Source: Candidatus Nomurabacteria bacterium (GTDB lineage Bacteria > Patescibacteriota > Minisyncoccia > Phycocordibacterales > UBA5272). Taken from it: DNA of 64,000 nucleotides. This document shows positions 18,352 to 28,765 of this stretch, piece after piece (the first letter of the stretch is position 1; every line of letters starts with the position of its first letter). A program made the translations under genes and the position numbers. The notes below the pieces were generated by a model that ran no database searches, was not told where the DNA came from, and worked only from the letters and a program-made list of their open reading frames with translations. The stretch is from contig JAQBRF010000004.1 in the NCBI GenBank assembly GCA_028286645.1, positions 18,830 through 82,829 of the forward strand. Reading direction: 5' to 3'.

Positions 18352-19521
18352 TTATCTCGTATCTTTAATCGGAAGTACATAGGAAATCCCCCACAAGATG
18401 ACTCCTCCTAATACCAGGAACATCAATTGAGGTCTATCTATTAAAAATGGAGAAATTAAAATTCCAACGGCACCTATAAATATAGTCGCAAATATTCCGG
18501 CATTATTAAATAAGGCATTAAGAGAAGAATCAGTGGACTTTATCTTTTTAAAAAAATATGTGTAAGCCATAGTCTCTACTAAGGCTGCTCCTATTCTTGA
18601 AACTACTAGTATTCCGATCCACACCCTTGGATCATTGCTGGTTATTATTACACACATAAATGCGGTTATAGCCAAGATACAAAGCCCAGTAATCATTATT
18701 TCTTTTTCGCCATATTTAGTATCAGCCAGAACTCCCACTTCATACGGAAGGAGAACAAGCGGGACGAGAGCTAAAGGCAAGATGAAACTAAGGTATGTAG
18801 TAAGCGGAATTCCTAAAGTAACCAAATAAATAGGGGAGTAAATAATCATTACCGCATAAAAAGACTGTACGATAAACATCGCAATTAAGGCGCCTTTTAG
18901 ATTAGTGTTTCTGGAGACTTGCCTAATAGCCCAAAATAAATCAACTGAATGATAAGCGGGCTCTTTAATGTGGCTTAGGTATTTATGTAGGAAATATAAA
19001 AATGGAATTAATGTAAGACTTGTTACGATATACAGAATTTCAAATGATCCTATTTTAAGAAGTGCTCCTCCGATAACGGGTGAAACCAATATCCCCATAT
19101 TTAATATAACTAAAAATAGTCCGCGAATGCTGCCGGTTTCCGCGTGGTGGCTAAAGCTTTCAACAAAAATATTCAAACATACATAAAGAAGAGATTGAAG
19201 TAGAAAATGCACAACAAAGAAAATGCCGATGAAGATGGCGCTGTTAGTCGTGGCCATGGCCAACATCGCAAGCATCTCTAAGATAACTAGTCCGAAAGTA
19301 AATGTGTATGTATGGAAGCGCTTAATATATTTAGAAAAGTAGATCGCCGCTATTAAAGCGACAATGCTTGCCAGCATGTATAACCCATTTACCCATGAAG
19401 AAGCAAAAAACTGATGAAGATATGTTGAAGTGGCATAAAGCGGAATTCCATAATGAAGCGCATAAAGAATCGTCAGCATGTAAGTGACGATAAGGAGTTT
19501 ATTGCGAACTATTGCGTGCAT
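18352..19521 (-). CDS. MFS-type transporter (about 12 TM)
   Basis: Hydropathy only. Confidence 0.45.
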   Translation of the reverse strand: MHAIVRNKLLIVTYMLTILYALHYGIPLYATSTYLHQFFASSWVNGLYMLASIVALIAAIYFSKYIKRFHTYTFTFGLVILEMLAMLAMATTNSAIFIGIFFVVHFLLQSLLYVCLNIFVESFSHHAETGSIRGLFLVILNMGILVSPVIGGALLKIGSFEILYIVTSLTLIPFLYFLHKYLSHIKEPAYHSVDLFWAIRQVSRNTNLKGALIAMFIVQSFYAVMIIYSPIYLVTLGIPLTTYLSFILPLALVPLVLLPYEVGVLADTKYGEKEIMITGLCILAITAFMCVIITSNDPRVWIGILVVSRIGAALVETMAYTYFFKKIKSTDSSLNALFNNAGIFATIFIGAVGILISPFLIDRPQLMFLVLGGVILWGISYVLPIKDTR

Positions 19522-19615
19522 AGGAACAGTTTACAGTTTCCAGTGATCAGTTTCCAGGGAAAAAGAAAACCCGCCTCACGACGAGTAATCTTTTATTACT
19601 CGCCGCCGGGCGGGG

Positions 19616-19888
19616 CTATCTGCAGGAAGGGGCATCTTGTTCCTGGAGGTAGTATTTGTACAGAGGGGATCGCCGATCGCCGACGTAATACTCTTGCACT
19701 TGATATGTTTCTGCAGCTTCACCTTTTCGCATGGGGCGGGTCACCGCCGTCAGCCCGTTGTTGCCCCTCAGCGATGCGGATACCACCTTCTGGCATGCCT
19801 CGATCTTGTACGGTTCGGGTCGCGGTTGTGCGGAAACGTCCGCGCCAAAACCCAAGGAAAGAAGCAATGCCACCGTATAGACTTTCAT
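19616..19888 (-). CDS. Small secreted protein (signal peptide), high-GC
   Basis: SD AAGGAGG before the ATG. Signal peptide MKVYTVALLLSLGFGADVSA. Driven by the palindromic consensus promoter at 19945-19980. Confidence 0.5.
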   Translation of the reverse strand: MKVYTVALLLSLGFGADVSAQPRPEPYKIEACQKVVSASLRGNNGLTAVTRPMRKGEAAETYQVQEYYVGDRRSPLYKYYLQEQDAPSCR

Positions 19889-19944
19889 AGGACCTCCTTA
19901 AAATTGTGCGGTTGTCTCCTCCTCAAATAAGGAGAAGAAATACA

Positions 19945-19980
19945 AATGCCAGTATATCATATATACCAGCATTTGTCAAT
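19945..19980 (-). promoter_or_regulatory. sigma70 consensus promoter TTGACA-17-TATACT with an inverted-repeat spacer (copy a of the promoter cassette)
   Basis: Minus-strand read: TTGACAaatgctggtatatatgaTATACT. Confidence 0.55.
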
Positions 19981-20106
19981 AAGGCCGATTCAAAAAAGCT
20001 TACTTAGATAAGTTTTTTTGTTTTACAATCTTTTACACGCCACACGCCACACGCCACATCTACACACTAATAATTACTGATCTCTTCGCGGTGATTATGG
20101 GTAAGA

Positions 20107-20904
20107 CTAATATATAAAATCTTTTATCCATTCTTTTATTTCCTCAACGGTAAATTTCTTTTCTCTATCATTTGTTTTTACTATGTATGTCTTATCCCAT
20201 TTGATGTTGGCGAGCTCTCCTTTGTAGTTTTCAATATCTACGTAACTTTCTCCTTCTACTCCATTAAGCGTTTCAATGGCATGCATGAGGCTGGGGACAG
20301 AACTGATTCCCCTGTCTTTCTTTTTTTCTTTAATAATTTCATCAGTAAGCGGTCCTCTTGGTTTCTTTTCAAAAGGTTTAAATGTAAAGCCTTGAGTCTT
20401 TATATTTGTATATGAAATTCTTATAAGTGGATTGGGCTCTCTTTTAAGATCTGATGGATGCAGAGCTTTAGTATAAAGGTACATCATTTCTTTGGCAGTT
20501 TCTTTACCAGAAAATTCACACTTATATGCTGGGAAAATCTTTCTGGTAATAAGAGATAGCTCTGGATCTTCGACTTTATATGTTTGGCTGATATCGGAAG
20601 AAACAGCAACTAATGTATCAAAGGCATATCCTTTTGATTTGAACCCAGAAATAACGACGTAGTCCTTAAGGCTTGCGATTTCTTCTTCGTGATTAAGTGC
20701 AAAGAGCAGACAGTCGCGCACCAGATTTTCATCAAAAAAATCGCGCGCAGATATCTGAAAGACAAAGCCGCCTTTGCTTAAAGCATCAGCCTTAAAAAGC
20801 TTGCTTGAAGGTTTGTAATAGAAAGCATTAGGCACATCCTTAAACGCCTCTATGTCTGCATTCGGATAAAGCGACGTAAGTTTGCTTTTTAAATTTATGC
20901 TCAT
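20107..20904 (-). CDS. Hypothetical protein, likely co-transcribed with RNase J
   Basis: A 3-nt gap separates it from the upstream rnj stop. No recognisable motif. Confidence 0.4.
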   Translation of the reverse strand: MSINLKSKLTSLYPNADIEAFKDVPNAFYYKPSSKLFKADALSKGGFVFQISARDFFDENLVRDCLLFALNHEEEIASLKDYVVISGFKSKGYAFDTLVAVSSDISQTYKVEDPELSLITRKIFPAYKCEFSGKETAKEMMYLYTKALHPSDLKREPNPLIRISYTNIKTQGFTFKPFEKKPRGPLTDEIIKEKKKDRGISSVPSLMHAIETLNGVEGESYVDIENYKGELANIKWDKTYIVKTNDREKKFTVEEIKEWIKDFIY

Positions 20905-20907
20905 ATT

Positions 20908-22800
20908 TTATACCGATATTATTACCGGAATGATTACCGGCCTCTTCGCAGTCTTCTGGAGCAAGAACTTGGTAGTTGCTTCTGCAACGTCCTGCTTCAT
21001 GTCGTCTAAGTTCATGAACCCACCGCGAGCAAGCGCGTCTTCTATTACTTTCTTCGTAAGAAGGCGTGTTTGATAAAGAAGATCTTGTGATTCTTTCAGA
21101 TATACGAATCCACGAGATATAAGATCAGGGGACTTCTTCAAGGTGTGGGTATGGCTGTCGATCACGCCGATTACGACGAACATGCCGTCTTCTGCGAGTG
21201 TTTGACGATCGCGCATCACGACATCCTGGATCTTTCCAACAGAAGTTCCGTCCACCACGATCATTTCTCCGGGAGCTTTTTCCTTCATGGAGTGAATTGA
21301 AGTTCCTTCATTTCTGATTTCAATAATCATTCCATTATCTGGAATAACGATATTTTCTTCCGGCATACCAAGCTTTCTTTCTAGATCAGCATGCACTCGA
21401 AGCATGTAATGATATCCGTGTACAGGAATGAAGAACTTAGGATGGATCTTTCTGTGGATCCATAGAAGCTCATCGGCATTGGCATGTCCAGATGAATGGA
21501 CGTCTGATGTTTTGTAATGAATCAAGTGTGCTCCTTGGCGAGAAAGTTTATCTTTCAAGTTTTGCACAGCTCTTTCATTTCCGGGAACAATGGATGATGA
21601 CATCAAAATAGTATCGCGCGGAGTAAGACGAATGAATTTATGGGTTTTATTTGCTATTCTTCCTAAAGCCGCAAATTCTTCTCCTTGTGCTCCAGTTGCC
21701 AATATAACTATTTTATTTTCTGGGTATCTTCCCATTTCATCTAAAGTAATTAATGTTTCAGGCTTGATGGTAAGCATGTTGGCAAGTTTGGTCACTTCGA
21801 TATTTGTCTTCATGCTTCGTCCTTCTACTACCACTTTCTTTCCATGGCGTTCAGCTGTTTGTAGCATGTATATCATTCGTTCTACCTGGCTTGCGAAAGT
21901 ACTCACTATTAATCTACCTGGCGTATCTTTAATAACATTGTCGATGTTTTTGAATACAACTCTGTCAGAAATAGAAAATCCAGGGTTCTCACAGTTGGTC
22001 GAGTCTGTCATCAATAATAGAGTCTTTCTATCCTCAAATATCTTATATCTTTCTTTTTCCTCTGGTGTCGGATCTCCATCATCATGATCTAATCGAAGAT
22101 CTCCTGTGTGAACAATGTCTCCATAAGGAGTTTCTACGATGATGCCCATTGAGTCGGGGATAGCGTGAGACACTCCGAAGAATCTAACTTTTAAATCTCC
22201 AAATGTAACGGTATCTCCTTTCTCAACTACATTAATAGTAATCGGGGGAAGATGGGGAAATTCCTCCTGTCTCTTCTTTATCATTAAAGAGGTATACAAG
22301 CGGGAATAAATTTGCGGATTACCAATGCGTGGCAAAAGATAAGGAATAGCTCCAATGTGATCCAAGTGTCCATGAGTAACAACCACACCTTTAATTTTGT
22401 GCTTATGCTCTTCTAAGTATTTAGTGTTTGGCAGAATGAAATCAATTCCAGGAGTGTGAGACTCCGTAAATTGAACTCCGCAGTCTATGATGACAATAGA
22501 ATCTTTGTATTCAACAAGACTCATGTTTCGTCCCACCTCTTCTACACCTCCTAAATGAATTATGCGGATATCTCCATCTTGTAGTGGGGGAATATGATCT
22601 GTTTCTCTTTTGGTTGATACGGTTGTATCAAACTTAGGGCCTACCATTGATCGAGGAGGCCTGTTATTTCGACGAGGTCCCATTCTAGGTCTTTCGGGCG
22701 CGCGCCTATAAGGAGACGCGCTTGGCGAACTAGGAGAGCTGGTGGGTATTTCTACCACTTCGCTTTCATTTGTATTGTTTGTGTTATTTGTTGTGTCCAT
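20908..22800 (-). CDS. rnj: Ribonuclease J (metallo-beta-lactamase/beta-CASP) with a ~70-aa low-complexity N-terminal extension
   Basis: VVTHGHLDHIGAIPYL (HxHxDH) and beta-CASP motifs. Confidence 0.8.
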   Translation of the reverse strand: MDTTNNTNNTNESEVVEIPTSSPSSPSASPYRRAPERPRMGPRRNNRPPRSMVGPKFDTTVSTKRETDHIPPLQDGDIRIIHLGGVEEVGRNMSLVEYKDSIVIIDCGVQFTESHTPGIDFILPNTKYLEEHKHKIKGVVVTHGHLDHIGAIPYLLPRIGNPQIYSRLYTSLMIKKRQEEFPHLPPITINVVEKGDTVTFGDLKVRFFGVSHAIPDSMGIIVETPYGDIVHTGDLRLDHDDGDPTPEEKERYKIFEDRKTLLLMTDSTNCENPGFSISDRVVFKNIDNVIKDTPGRLIVSTFASQVERMIYMLQTAERHGKKVVVEGRSMKTNIEVTKLANMLTIKPETLITLDEMGRYPENKIVILATGAQGEEFAALGRIANKTHKFIRLTPRDTILMSSSIVPGNERAVQNLKDKLSRQGAHLIHYKTSDVHSSGHANADELLWIHRKIHPKFFIPVHGYHYMLRVHADLERKLGMPEENIVIPDNGMIIEIRNEGTSIHSMKEKAPGEMIVVDGTSVGKIQDVVMRDRQTLAEDGMFVVIGVIDSHTHTLKKSPDLISRGFVYLKESQDLLYQTRLLTKKVIEDALARGGFMNLDDMKQDVAEATTKFLLQKTAKRPVIIPVIISV

Positions 22801-22831
22801 AATTTTTTAATTAATTTTTAATATTGAAATT

Positions 22832-24550
22832 TTAGTGAATAATATTTTCGATCTTTTCTATTACATCTTTATAATATGTTTTGGGCCATATGCGATCCGT
22901 ATACTTATACCAGCTTTCTGCTAAAAGGAATCGGGCAGAAGAATCTAAACTGTATATTGGGATCTGGCCTCGTATATTGTCATTAGTTATATAAGTAAGT
23001 GAGGGGGCGAATAAGAAGATGCCTGGAACTTCTTCCGCGAACTCTTTTTTTATTTCTTCGTAAGCGATTTGTCTAGCAGATGCGTCATCGCTTGATCTTA
23101 CTATTTCTAAGTTTGCATCTAGATTCTTGCTTACATAATTAGAAATATTCAATCCAGGATAATTTCTTTGAGACGAATGCCAAAATGCATATAAATCTCC
23201 CGGGTCTTCTGTAATGAATCCAAAGAGTAGCACCTCAAAGTTTCTCTCTTTTATAATAGACTGATTCAAGTCTGCCACTTCGTATACTTGTATATTCGTA
23301 TCTACTCCGATTTTTGCCCAGTCAGCTTTTATCATTTCGGCTACACTTTTCATCTCATCGGTGTTCGCGGTCGTAAGAGTTATAGAAAGGGTAGTAGAGC
23401 CATTAGAGGACGGAGCACTCTTTTCCAAAAGACTTTTTGCTTGTTCTACATCATACACTGATTCTATCTGATTGTCATCAAATGGGAACGGACCGTTAAT
23501 TACCTTTCCGTATTTGTGAAGCACTTTATCAACCAGGGCTTGTTTATCTATTGCCATTTGCAAAGCGGCGCGCACATTTTTATCTGAAAGAATCGTAGTC
23601 TTATTCGGATTAAAAAATACTGAGAAAGTTCGTGGAAGCAAAGATGTGTGGATGTTTGAAGGGTTTATATTTAAGCTATCAATCTTATCAACTGCAATGT
23701 TATGTATGCGATCTATTTTTCTGTTTTGGAAAGCCTGAAGAAGATACTTTTCACTTTGGAAAGTTGCTATTGTTATGGTGTCTATATATGGACGTCCTAA
23801 AGTATAACCTTCGTGAGCAATAAGAGTAAACGTATCAGGAATGCCTGATATAGATGTAACACTTTTTATTTTATATGGGCCTGACCCTATGGCGTGAATG
23901 TTGTAATCGCTTAGGCTTATTTGTTCATCTGTTAAATTTTTCCAAATATGCTTAGGTAGTATTCCCACACTAAGCACATCCATAAATAATGGGTACGGCT
24001 TTTTTAAATTAAAGACCACTTCCTTATCTCCCTTTTTTTCTATAGTTATTCCTTCCCACTTTATGCTAAGAGGACTTTTTAATGCAGGATTTTGAATGAG
24101 GCCGACAGTATAAATAATGTCATCAGCCGTAACTGCAACACCATCATGGAACGTGGCTTTATCTTTTATTAACACATCGTAGCTTAATCCATCGTCACTC
24201 TTATTAATAGACTGTGCCATATCAAGAATGATATTTCCCGCCGCATCCTTTTTAGTAAGCCCTGCAAACACAAGAGATGTTAAATCCTTATCTTGATCGG
24301 TCGTCGAAAATATCGGATTAATAAATCTTGGGGTGCCTATTATGCCTTCTCGTACTTCTCCGCCATAACCTGGCTTTGAAATAAGGAATCTATTATTCAC
24401 CACAACCAGAGCGGAAAATAATAAGATTAAAGACAAACTAAGCAAGCCCCAAAACATCAAAACCCTCTCAGGAGACAAAGAAGAATACAAAGCTTTTATA
24501 TGAGCTCTCCATTTATAATGTGCTCTAGAATTGTTATGTGTGTTGTCCAT
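22832..24550 (-). CDS. Extracellular solute-binding protein, family 5 (peptide/nickel type), N-terminal membrane anchor
   Basis: SBP_bac_5-like pattern and length. No permease or ATPase partner in the window. Confidence 0.55.
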   Translation of the reverse strand: MDNTHNNSRAHYKWRAHIKALYSSLSPERVLMFWGLLSLSLILLFSALVVVNNRFLISKPGYGGEVREGIIGTPRFINPIFSTTDQDKDLTSLVFAGLTKKDAAGNIILDMAQSINKSDDGLSYDVLIKDKATFHDGVAVTADDIIYTVGLIQNPALKSPLSIKWEGITIEKKGDKEVVFNLKKPYPLFMDVLSVGILPKHIWKNLTDEQISLSDYNIHAIGSGPYKIKSVTSISGIPDTFTLIAHEGYTLGRPYIDTITIATFQSEKYLLQAFQNRKIDRIHNIAVDKIDSLNINPSNIHTSLLPRTFSVFFNPNKTTILSDKNVRAALQMAIDKQALVDKVLHKYGKVINGPFPFDDNQIESVYDVEQAKSLLEKSAPSSNGSTTLSITLTTANTDEMKSVAEMIKADWAKIGVDTNIQVYEVADLNQSIIKERNFEVLLFGFITEDPGDLYAFWHSSQRNYPGLNISNYVSKNLDANLEIVRSSDDASARQIAYEEIKKEFAEEVPGIFLFAPSLTYITNDNIRGQIPIYSLDSSARFLLAESWYKYTDRIWPKTYYKDVIEKIENIIH

Positions 24551-24573
24551 ACTATAGGACTACCTATCGGTGT

Positions 24574-24798
24574 TTAATGTGAAAGAAGAGGATATGCAAG
24601 CAATAGTACAAATACCACCGCCACTATAATAGTAAAGCGATGTATTGACCTTTCGGCTCCGCGTTTTTCAAATGTCGCCCCGCTCCCTCCATCAGCTCCT
24701 AAGGCACCCGAAGCGTCCGTGTTAGCACGCTGTACCAATATAAGGATTATTAGGAGGATAGCTAGAGCTAATTGCACAATAGATAGCATTGAAACCAT
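24574..24798 (-). CDS. secG: Preprotein translocase subunit SecG-like
   Basis: Two TM segments flanking a Gly-rich loop (GALGADGGSGATFEKRGAE), about 74 aa. Confidence 0.45.
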   Translation of the reverse strand: MVSMLSIVQLALAILLIILILVQRANTDASGALGADGGSGATFEKRGAERSIHRFTIIVAVVFVLLLAYPLLSH

Positions 24799-24880
24799 GG
24801 GTATATAGTATCAAAAAGGGGTTAAAAAGTAAATATGAGAGGAAATGTACGTCCAAGATTTACTTAGAGTCCTTACAGGA

Positions 24881-25508
24881 CTAGCTAATATTAAGCTTCT
24901 TAAGAGCTTGAAAGAATCCTTCATTGCTTTTAAACAAAACGGCTTTCATTCCGAGCTTCTCTGCAGCATAGATGTTTTCCAGTTTGTCATCTACAAATAA
25001 TGATTCTTGGTTTCACGTTAAGGAGGCCAAGTATTAAGGTGTATGATTTTGCATCAGGCTTTTTTAGATGATCGTCACATGAAATTTCTAAAGCATTGAA
25101 ATTATCATAATACTTCTTGGGCACAAGAACATCTTTAGACAAATGAAATTGAGTAGATAAGATTCCAATTTTATATCTACGCTTCTTTAATTCTAAAACT
25201 TTTTCGTATAAAGCTATGTTTTCAATTATATTTTCAGAATAAACTCTGTGGAACATTTGCTCTAACTCTTTTGGTTTAATATTTAAAATATCTGACATCT
25301 CTTTTAATGTTTCTTTTTTAGTGACGGCACCTATCGTTGACTCCTTATAAATATTTATTAGTTGTTCTTTTGTTTCTGGACTGGTTTTAAGAAAACTGTC
25401 AAGTAAGATCAATGCTTCTTTAAATGAATCTAAAAGATGCCTCTCTTTTCTGTTGTCTTTTGGTAAAAGCAAAACTCCGCCGATATCAAGGATGATTGCT
25501 TTTATCAT
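24881..25508 (-). pseudogene. HAD-family hydrolase with a +1 frameshift near 24994-25003. The C-terminal motif LFVDDKLENIYAAEKLGM continues in another frame
   Basis: N-terminus IILDIGGVLL (DxG motif) and KPDAKSY..LNVKP in frame A. The conserved FVDD...AA..GM is in the frame shifted at atcattAtttgtagatgac. Confidence 0.5.
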
Positions 25509-25542
25509 AATATGTAAAGTATACCAAGTTTTAATTTATTCC

Positions 25543-28500
25543 TTACTTCAACTCTTTTATCTCATCTATTACAATTGTCTTCTCGCCATTTCTTGTTGAA
25601 ACTTTTCCGCGCACAACAAGGGGGCAATCCATAATTATTTTTTTCTTAAAGTTTTTATAAGTTTCTGGAAATACTGCTACTTCAATGCATCCGGAGTAGT
25701 CGCGTAATTTGAGCAAAGCCATCTGATCTCCCTTTTTAGTATTCGTTGTTTTTATATTTTCTATAATCACTGCGATTGAAACTTCTTTTCGATCAGGAAT
25801 AGAATGATGTATTTTATCAATGTCTATTCCGCGAGCTATAATTTTTTCTTTCCATGGATCTAGTGGGAAGCCCGAAACGAAAAGTCCTAATAAATCTTTT
25901 TCCCATTTTAATTTCTGCTCATTACTTACCGGAGGGGCAGGCTTCATGTTAAAAGAAGAAGCTCCGTCAAATGCAAATAAGCTGTCCTGCATAATATTAT
26001 CTTTCACTACATGCTTATGGAATTCCAAGATGCTTTCCATGTTGGCAAGTATCTGTCCGCGTTCTGCGAATTCATCTAATGCTCCGCACATAGTGAGAGC
26101 TTCTAATGATTTTTTATTTAAATTCTTATGGGTGACTCGGCGTATAAAGTCTTCGAATGATTTGTATGGGCCGCTTTTTACTCTTTCTTCCATTATAGCG
26201 TCTCCAATATCTACTCCTAAGTTTTTAATAGTGTGAAGTCCAAATCTTATTTCTTCCGTACCTTCATCATTTTTAACAATGCTAAATCCACCCTCGCTTT
26301 TATTTATATTCGGTGGAAGAACTGTAATATTCATTCTTTTACATTCAGAAACAATTTCGGCGATCTTTTCTGTGTCTCCGCTTTCGTTACTCATGATAGA
26401 AGTCATGTAGGCAACAGGGAAGTTTGCTTTCATATATGCCGTTTGATACGCTACTCGTCCATAACTTGCAGCATGGGCTTTGTTAAATCCGTAAGCAGCA
26501 AAAGGCTCGATCAGCCTCCAGAGTTCCTGGGCCTTTTTAGTCGAAAGTCCGTGCTCGACGAATCCTGCCAAAAGCTTTTCTTTCTGATCTTGCATTTCTG
26601 CAGGGATTTTCTTTCCCATGGCTTTTCTTAGCTTATCTGCTTCAAGCCACGAATATCCTGCCAAGTGAATGGCGATAAGCATCACGTCATCTTGGTACAC
26701 GATTACTCCGAAAGATTGATCAAGGATTGGTTCAAGTCTTGGATCAACGAAACTTATTAACTTAGGATCATGTTTTCTTGCGATGTATTCCGGAATCATT
26801 TCAAGAGGTCCGGGACGATAAAGTGCGACCATGGCATTAATATCAAAAATTGTAGTTGGCTTTAATTCCTTTAAAAACTTTGTCATGCCAGAACCATTTA
26901 ATTGGAATAACCCCATCGTTTCTCCTCGCGAAAGCATTTCAAAAGTTTTTTTATCATCAAGCGGAATTTCTTCGATATCAATATCTATATTGTATTTATC
27001 TTTTGCTATTTTAATCGCGTCTCCTAAAATTGTAAGATTTCTAATTCCGAGGAAGTCAAATTTAAGAAGCCCCGCATCTTCAATGTTATACATATCATAC
27101 TGTGTGATAATTTTTCCTCCTTTGGGATCTTTTTGAATCGGAGTCCATTCCCAAAGTGCAGCAGGGGAGATAACAGTGCCGGCTGCGTGTACAGAAATAT
27201 GCCTGGCACATCCTTCCACCTTTTGTGCCATGTCTAATATTATCTGAGCCTCTCGATCGTTGTCGTACATTTCTTTAAGTTCGGGAACTTCATTTAATGC
27301 TCCGGCAATTGTTACAGGGAAGCCTTGCTTCGGCATAGGTATGAGCTTACTTATCCGGTCTCCCACCATGTATGGGAATTTCATCGCGCGTGCAACGTCG
27401 CGAACCGCACCGCGCGCCATCATAGTACCGAATGTTCCTATTTGGGCCACATTATCCATTCCGTATTTGCTTCTTACATAATCAATAACCTCGTCTCGCC
27501 TAGTATCTGAAAAGTCCATGTCTATGTCTGGTGCCGATGGGCGTTCTGGATTTAAGAATCTTTCAAACGGGAGTTTATAAGCTAGCGGGTCGCATTTGGT
27601 AATACGAAGAAGATAAGTTGTAAGAGACCCTGCAACAGACCCTCGAATATTTGTAAGAATACCATGATCTCGGGCGTATCTAAGCAGATCATATACTACT
27701 AAAAAGTATGGCGAATATCCTTTATCGGCGATGACTTTTAATTCATAGTCGAGTCTGGTTTTTACTTCATCTGTTAATTCCATGCAGCGAACTTCCAAGC
27801 CGCCATATGCAAGAGCACGCACGTCTTCGTTATATGTTTTCTTTGTGGTGATGTTTGGAAATACCCACGAACCAAGCGGGATTTCCAAATTAACCATTTC
27901 TGCAATTTTATTAGTATTTTCTATGGCTTCAGGAATATCAGAAAATTGTTTACTTGCAGCATCATGGCTTATAAATGCATAAGATTCTTTGTTAAACATA
28001 TGTGCATACTCTTCTTCCGAAGTGGAAGTTCCTTGGATTAAGAAAAGTGTTTTATGCGCACTTATATCCTGATCACTTAAATAATGTGTATTCCATGTAG
28101 CGACAAGGGGAGTGCCGGTGGCGTGCGCGAGTTCGATTGTTTTCCTCCTCATATTGTCCGCATGCTCCATATTTCTTTGAGGATTCAGTTCAAGGTAAAA
28201 GTCATTACCAAAATTTTTCTTATAAAAATCTAATCTATCCTCAGCCTCCTTTGTGTTCTTTATAAGAACATTACTGATGTCTCCCCACATGCCGCCGGAT
28301 AAAACAATGAGGCCTTCCTTATGTGCTAATAGGACCTCATCTTTTAAAATTGGATGAAGAGGGTTGTCTATGTTTACTAATGATGTAATTCTCATTAAGT
28401 TTTTGTAACCCATCATATCTTTTGCTATAAGTACGATTTGGAATGTTCTTTCTTTGTATAAGATAGAAAACTCTACCCCTATAATCGGCTTTATGTTTTT

Positions 28501-28665
28501 CTTTTTACAAGCCTTAAAGAATTCAATGGTCCCATACATATTATTGTAGTCCGTAATAGCCAGAGAATTCATGTCCAAATCTTTTGCTTTTTGTACAAGG
28601 GCATCTATCTTCGGAAGTGATTTTAATAGGGAATAATGAGTATGGTTACGGAGGTGGGTTAACAT
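25543..28665 (-). CDS. dnaE: DNA polymerase III alpha subunit (PHP + polymerase core)
   Basis: PHP N-terminus HLRNHTHYSLL. DnaE core motifs. 1040 aa. Confidence 0.85.
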   Translation of the reverse strand: MLTHLRNHTHYSLLKSLPKIDALVQKAKDLDMNSLAITDYNNMYGTIEFFKACKKKNIKPIIGVEFSILYKERTFQIVLIAKDMMGYKNLMRITSLVNIDNPLHPILKDEVLLAHKEGLIVLSGGMWGDISNVLIKNTKEAEDRLDFYKKNFGNDFYLELNPQRNMEHADNMRRKTIELAHATGTPLVATWNTHYLSDQDISAHKTLFLIQGTSTSEEEYAHMFNKESYAFISHDAASKQFSDIPEAIENTNKIAEMVNLEIPLGSWVFPNITTKKTYNEDVRALAYGGLEVRCMELTDEVKTRLDYELKVIADKGYSPYFLVVYDLLRYARDHGILTNIRGSVAGSLTTYLLRITKCDPLAYKLPFERFLNPERPSAPDIDMDFSDTRRDEVIDYVRSKYGMDNVAQIGTFGTMMARGAVRDVARAMKFPYMVGDRISKLIPMPKQGFPVTIAGALNEVPELKEMYDNDREAQIILDMAQKVEGCARHISVHAAGTVISPAALWEWTPIQKDPKGGKIITQYDMYNIEDAGLLKFDFLGIRNLTILGDAIKIAKDKYNIDIDIEEIPLDDKKTFEMLSRGETMGLFQLNGSGMTKFLKELKPTTIFDINAMVALYRPGPLEMIPEYIARKHDPKLISFVDPRLEPILDQSFGVIVYQDDVMLIAIHLAGYSWLEADKLRKAMGKKIPAEMQDQKEKLLAGFVEHGLSTKKAQELWRLIEPFAAYGFNKAHAASYGRVAYQTAYMKANFPVAYMTSIMSNESGDTEKIAEIVSECKRMNITVLPPNINKSEGGFSIVKNDEGTEEIRFGLHTIKNLGVDIGDAIMEERVKSGPYKSFEDFIRRVTHKNLNKKSLEALTMCGALDEFAERGQILANMESILEFHKHVVKDNIMQDSLFAFDGASSFNMKPAPPVSNEQKLKWEKDLLGLFVSGFPLDPWKEKIIARGIDIDKIHHSIPDRKEVSIAVIIENIKTTNTKKGDQMALLKLRDYSGCIEVAVFPETYKNFKKKIIMDCPLVVRGKVSTRNGEKTIVIDEIKELK

Positions 28666-28765
28666 TGGTAAATTTTAACATATTAATCCCTATGTATTAT
28701 TAATCGTTAAAATAGAGGAATAGGTTGATTTCTATGATTGCCAACATTATTGTAAACTCTTAATA

